Shown piece after piece: positions 62,901 through 64,000 of a stretch of 64,000 nt of DNA. The first letter of the stretch is position 1, and every line of letters starts with the position of its first letter. Below the pieces are notes generated by a model that had not been told where the DNA came from, did not search any database, and was given only the letters and a program-made list of their open reading frames with translations. This stretch comes from Balanoglossus misakiensis (taxonomy: Eukaryota > Animalia > Hemichordata). The stretch spans positions 4,543,434 to 4,607,433 of the forward strand of contig CM082593.2 of the NCBI GenBank assembly GCA_040954595.2, read 5' to 3'. A program made the translations under genes and the position numbers.

Positions 62901-64000
62901 AATTTGGTGGTTTTTCGACAAAAACCATGGGTTATAGCCCATGAAAATCATCCAGAAATGTCAATTTTTCGACTTCCCGGATTTTCAAAATTTGGTGGTT
63001 TTTCGACAAAAACCATGGGTTATAGCCCATGAAAATCATCCAGAAATGTGAATTTTTCGACTTCGCGAATTTTCAAAATTTGGTGATTTTTCGATAAAAA
63101 CCATGGGTTATAGCCCATAAAAATCATCCAGAAATGTGAATTTTTCGACTTCGCGAATTTTCAAAATTTGGTGGTTTTTCGACAAAAACCATGGGTTATA
63201 GCCCATGAAAATCATCCAGAAATGTCAATTTTTCGACCTCCCGGATTTTCAAAATTTGGTGGTTTTTCGACAAAAACCATGGGTTATATAGCCCATGAAA
63301 ATCATCCAGAAATGTCAATTTTTCGACTTCGCGAAATTTCAAAATTTGGTGGTTTTTCGACAAAAACCATGGGTTATAGCCCATGAAAATCATCCAGAAA
63401 TGTCAATTTTTCGACTTCGCGAATTTTCAAAATTTGGTGGTTTTTCGACAAAAACCATGGGTTATAGCCCATGAAAATCATCAAGAAATGTCAATTTTTC
63501 GACTTCGCGAATTTTCAAAATTTGGTGGTTTTTCGACAAAAACCATGGGTTATAGCCCATGAAAATCATCCAGAAATGTCAATTTTTCGACTTCGCGAAT
63601 TTTCAAAATTTGGTGGTTTTTCGACAAAAACCATGGGTTATAGCCCATGAAAATCATCCAGAAATGTCAATTTTTCGACTTCGCGAATTTTCAAAATTTG
63701 GTGGTTTTTCGACAAAAACCATGGGTTATAGCCCATGAAAATCATCCAGAAATGTCAATTTTTCGACTTCGCGAATTTTCAAAATTTGGTGATTTTTCGA
63801 CAAAAACCATGGGTTATAGCCCATGAAAATCATCCAGAAATGTCAATTTTTCGACTTCCCGGATTTTCAAAATTTGGTGGTTTTTCGACAAAAACCATGG
63901 GTTATAGCCCATGAAAATCATCCAGAAATGTCAATTTTTCGACTTCGCGAATTTTCAAAATTTGGTGATTTTTCGACAAAAACCATGGGTTATAGCCCAT
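44988..64000 (-). repeat. 88-bp tandem satellite array, reverse-complement arm (~216 copies, runs off the window)
   Basis: Same monomer on the opposite strand (GAAAATCATCCAGAAATGTCAATTTTTCGACTTCGCG...). Confidence 0.98.

Noticed and set aside
28211-64000. CRISPR-like or coding interpretation of the repeat array (ORFs at 28457, 44953, 63168, 63196)
   Set aside because: No unique spacers, no cas genes, eukaryotic context; the 88-bp period is not a multiple of 3 and the ORFs are chance read-throughs.

Overview
Eukaryotic (metazoan, probably invertebrate) genomic DNA with spliceosomal introns, in three zones. (1) 0.2-10.4 kb: a cluster of four small secreted-precursor genes, only one of which appears as a complete ORF in the track. 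Each has a signal peptide, basic cleavage sites and a predicted non-coding first exon, and three have clear TATA/Inr promoters. Two are six-Cys peptides (one with helical-hairpin spacing, one with CART-like spacing). The other two are paralogs with a basic N-terminal part and a conserved acidic KR-xLExEESGDF module. (2) 13.4-20.6 kb, minus strand: a ~1091-aa transcription-factor-like gene. After splicing it has an N-terminal truncated SRF/MADS-like segment, a PLDFS CtBP-type motif and ten zinc fingers in two duplicated clusters. (3) From 25.8 kb: an orphan TM9SF3 exon, then an 88-bp palindrome-rich satellite filling ~27-64 kb (~415 copies). The satellite has older diverged layers at its edge, a captured intron-containing fragment, local higher-order repeats and a strand switch at ~44,990 through microhomology. 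It looks like the edge of a (peri)centromeric array. All gene models were read by eye; no database searches were run.
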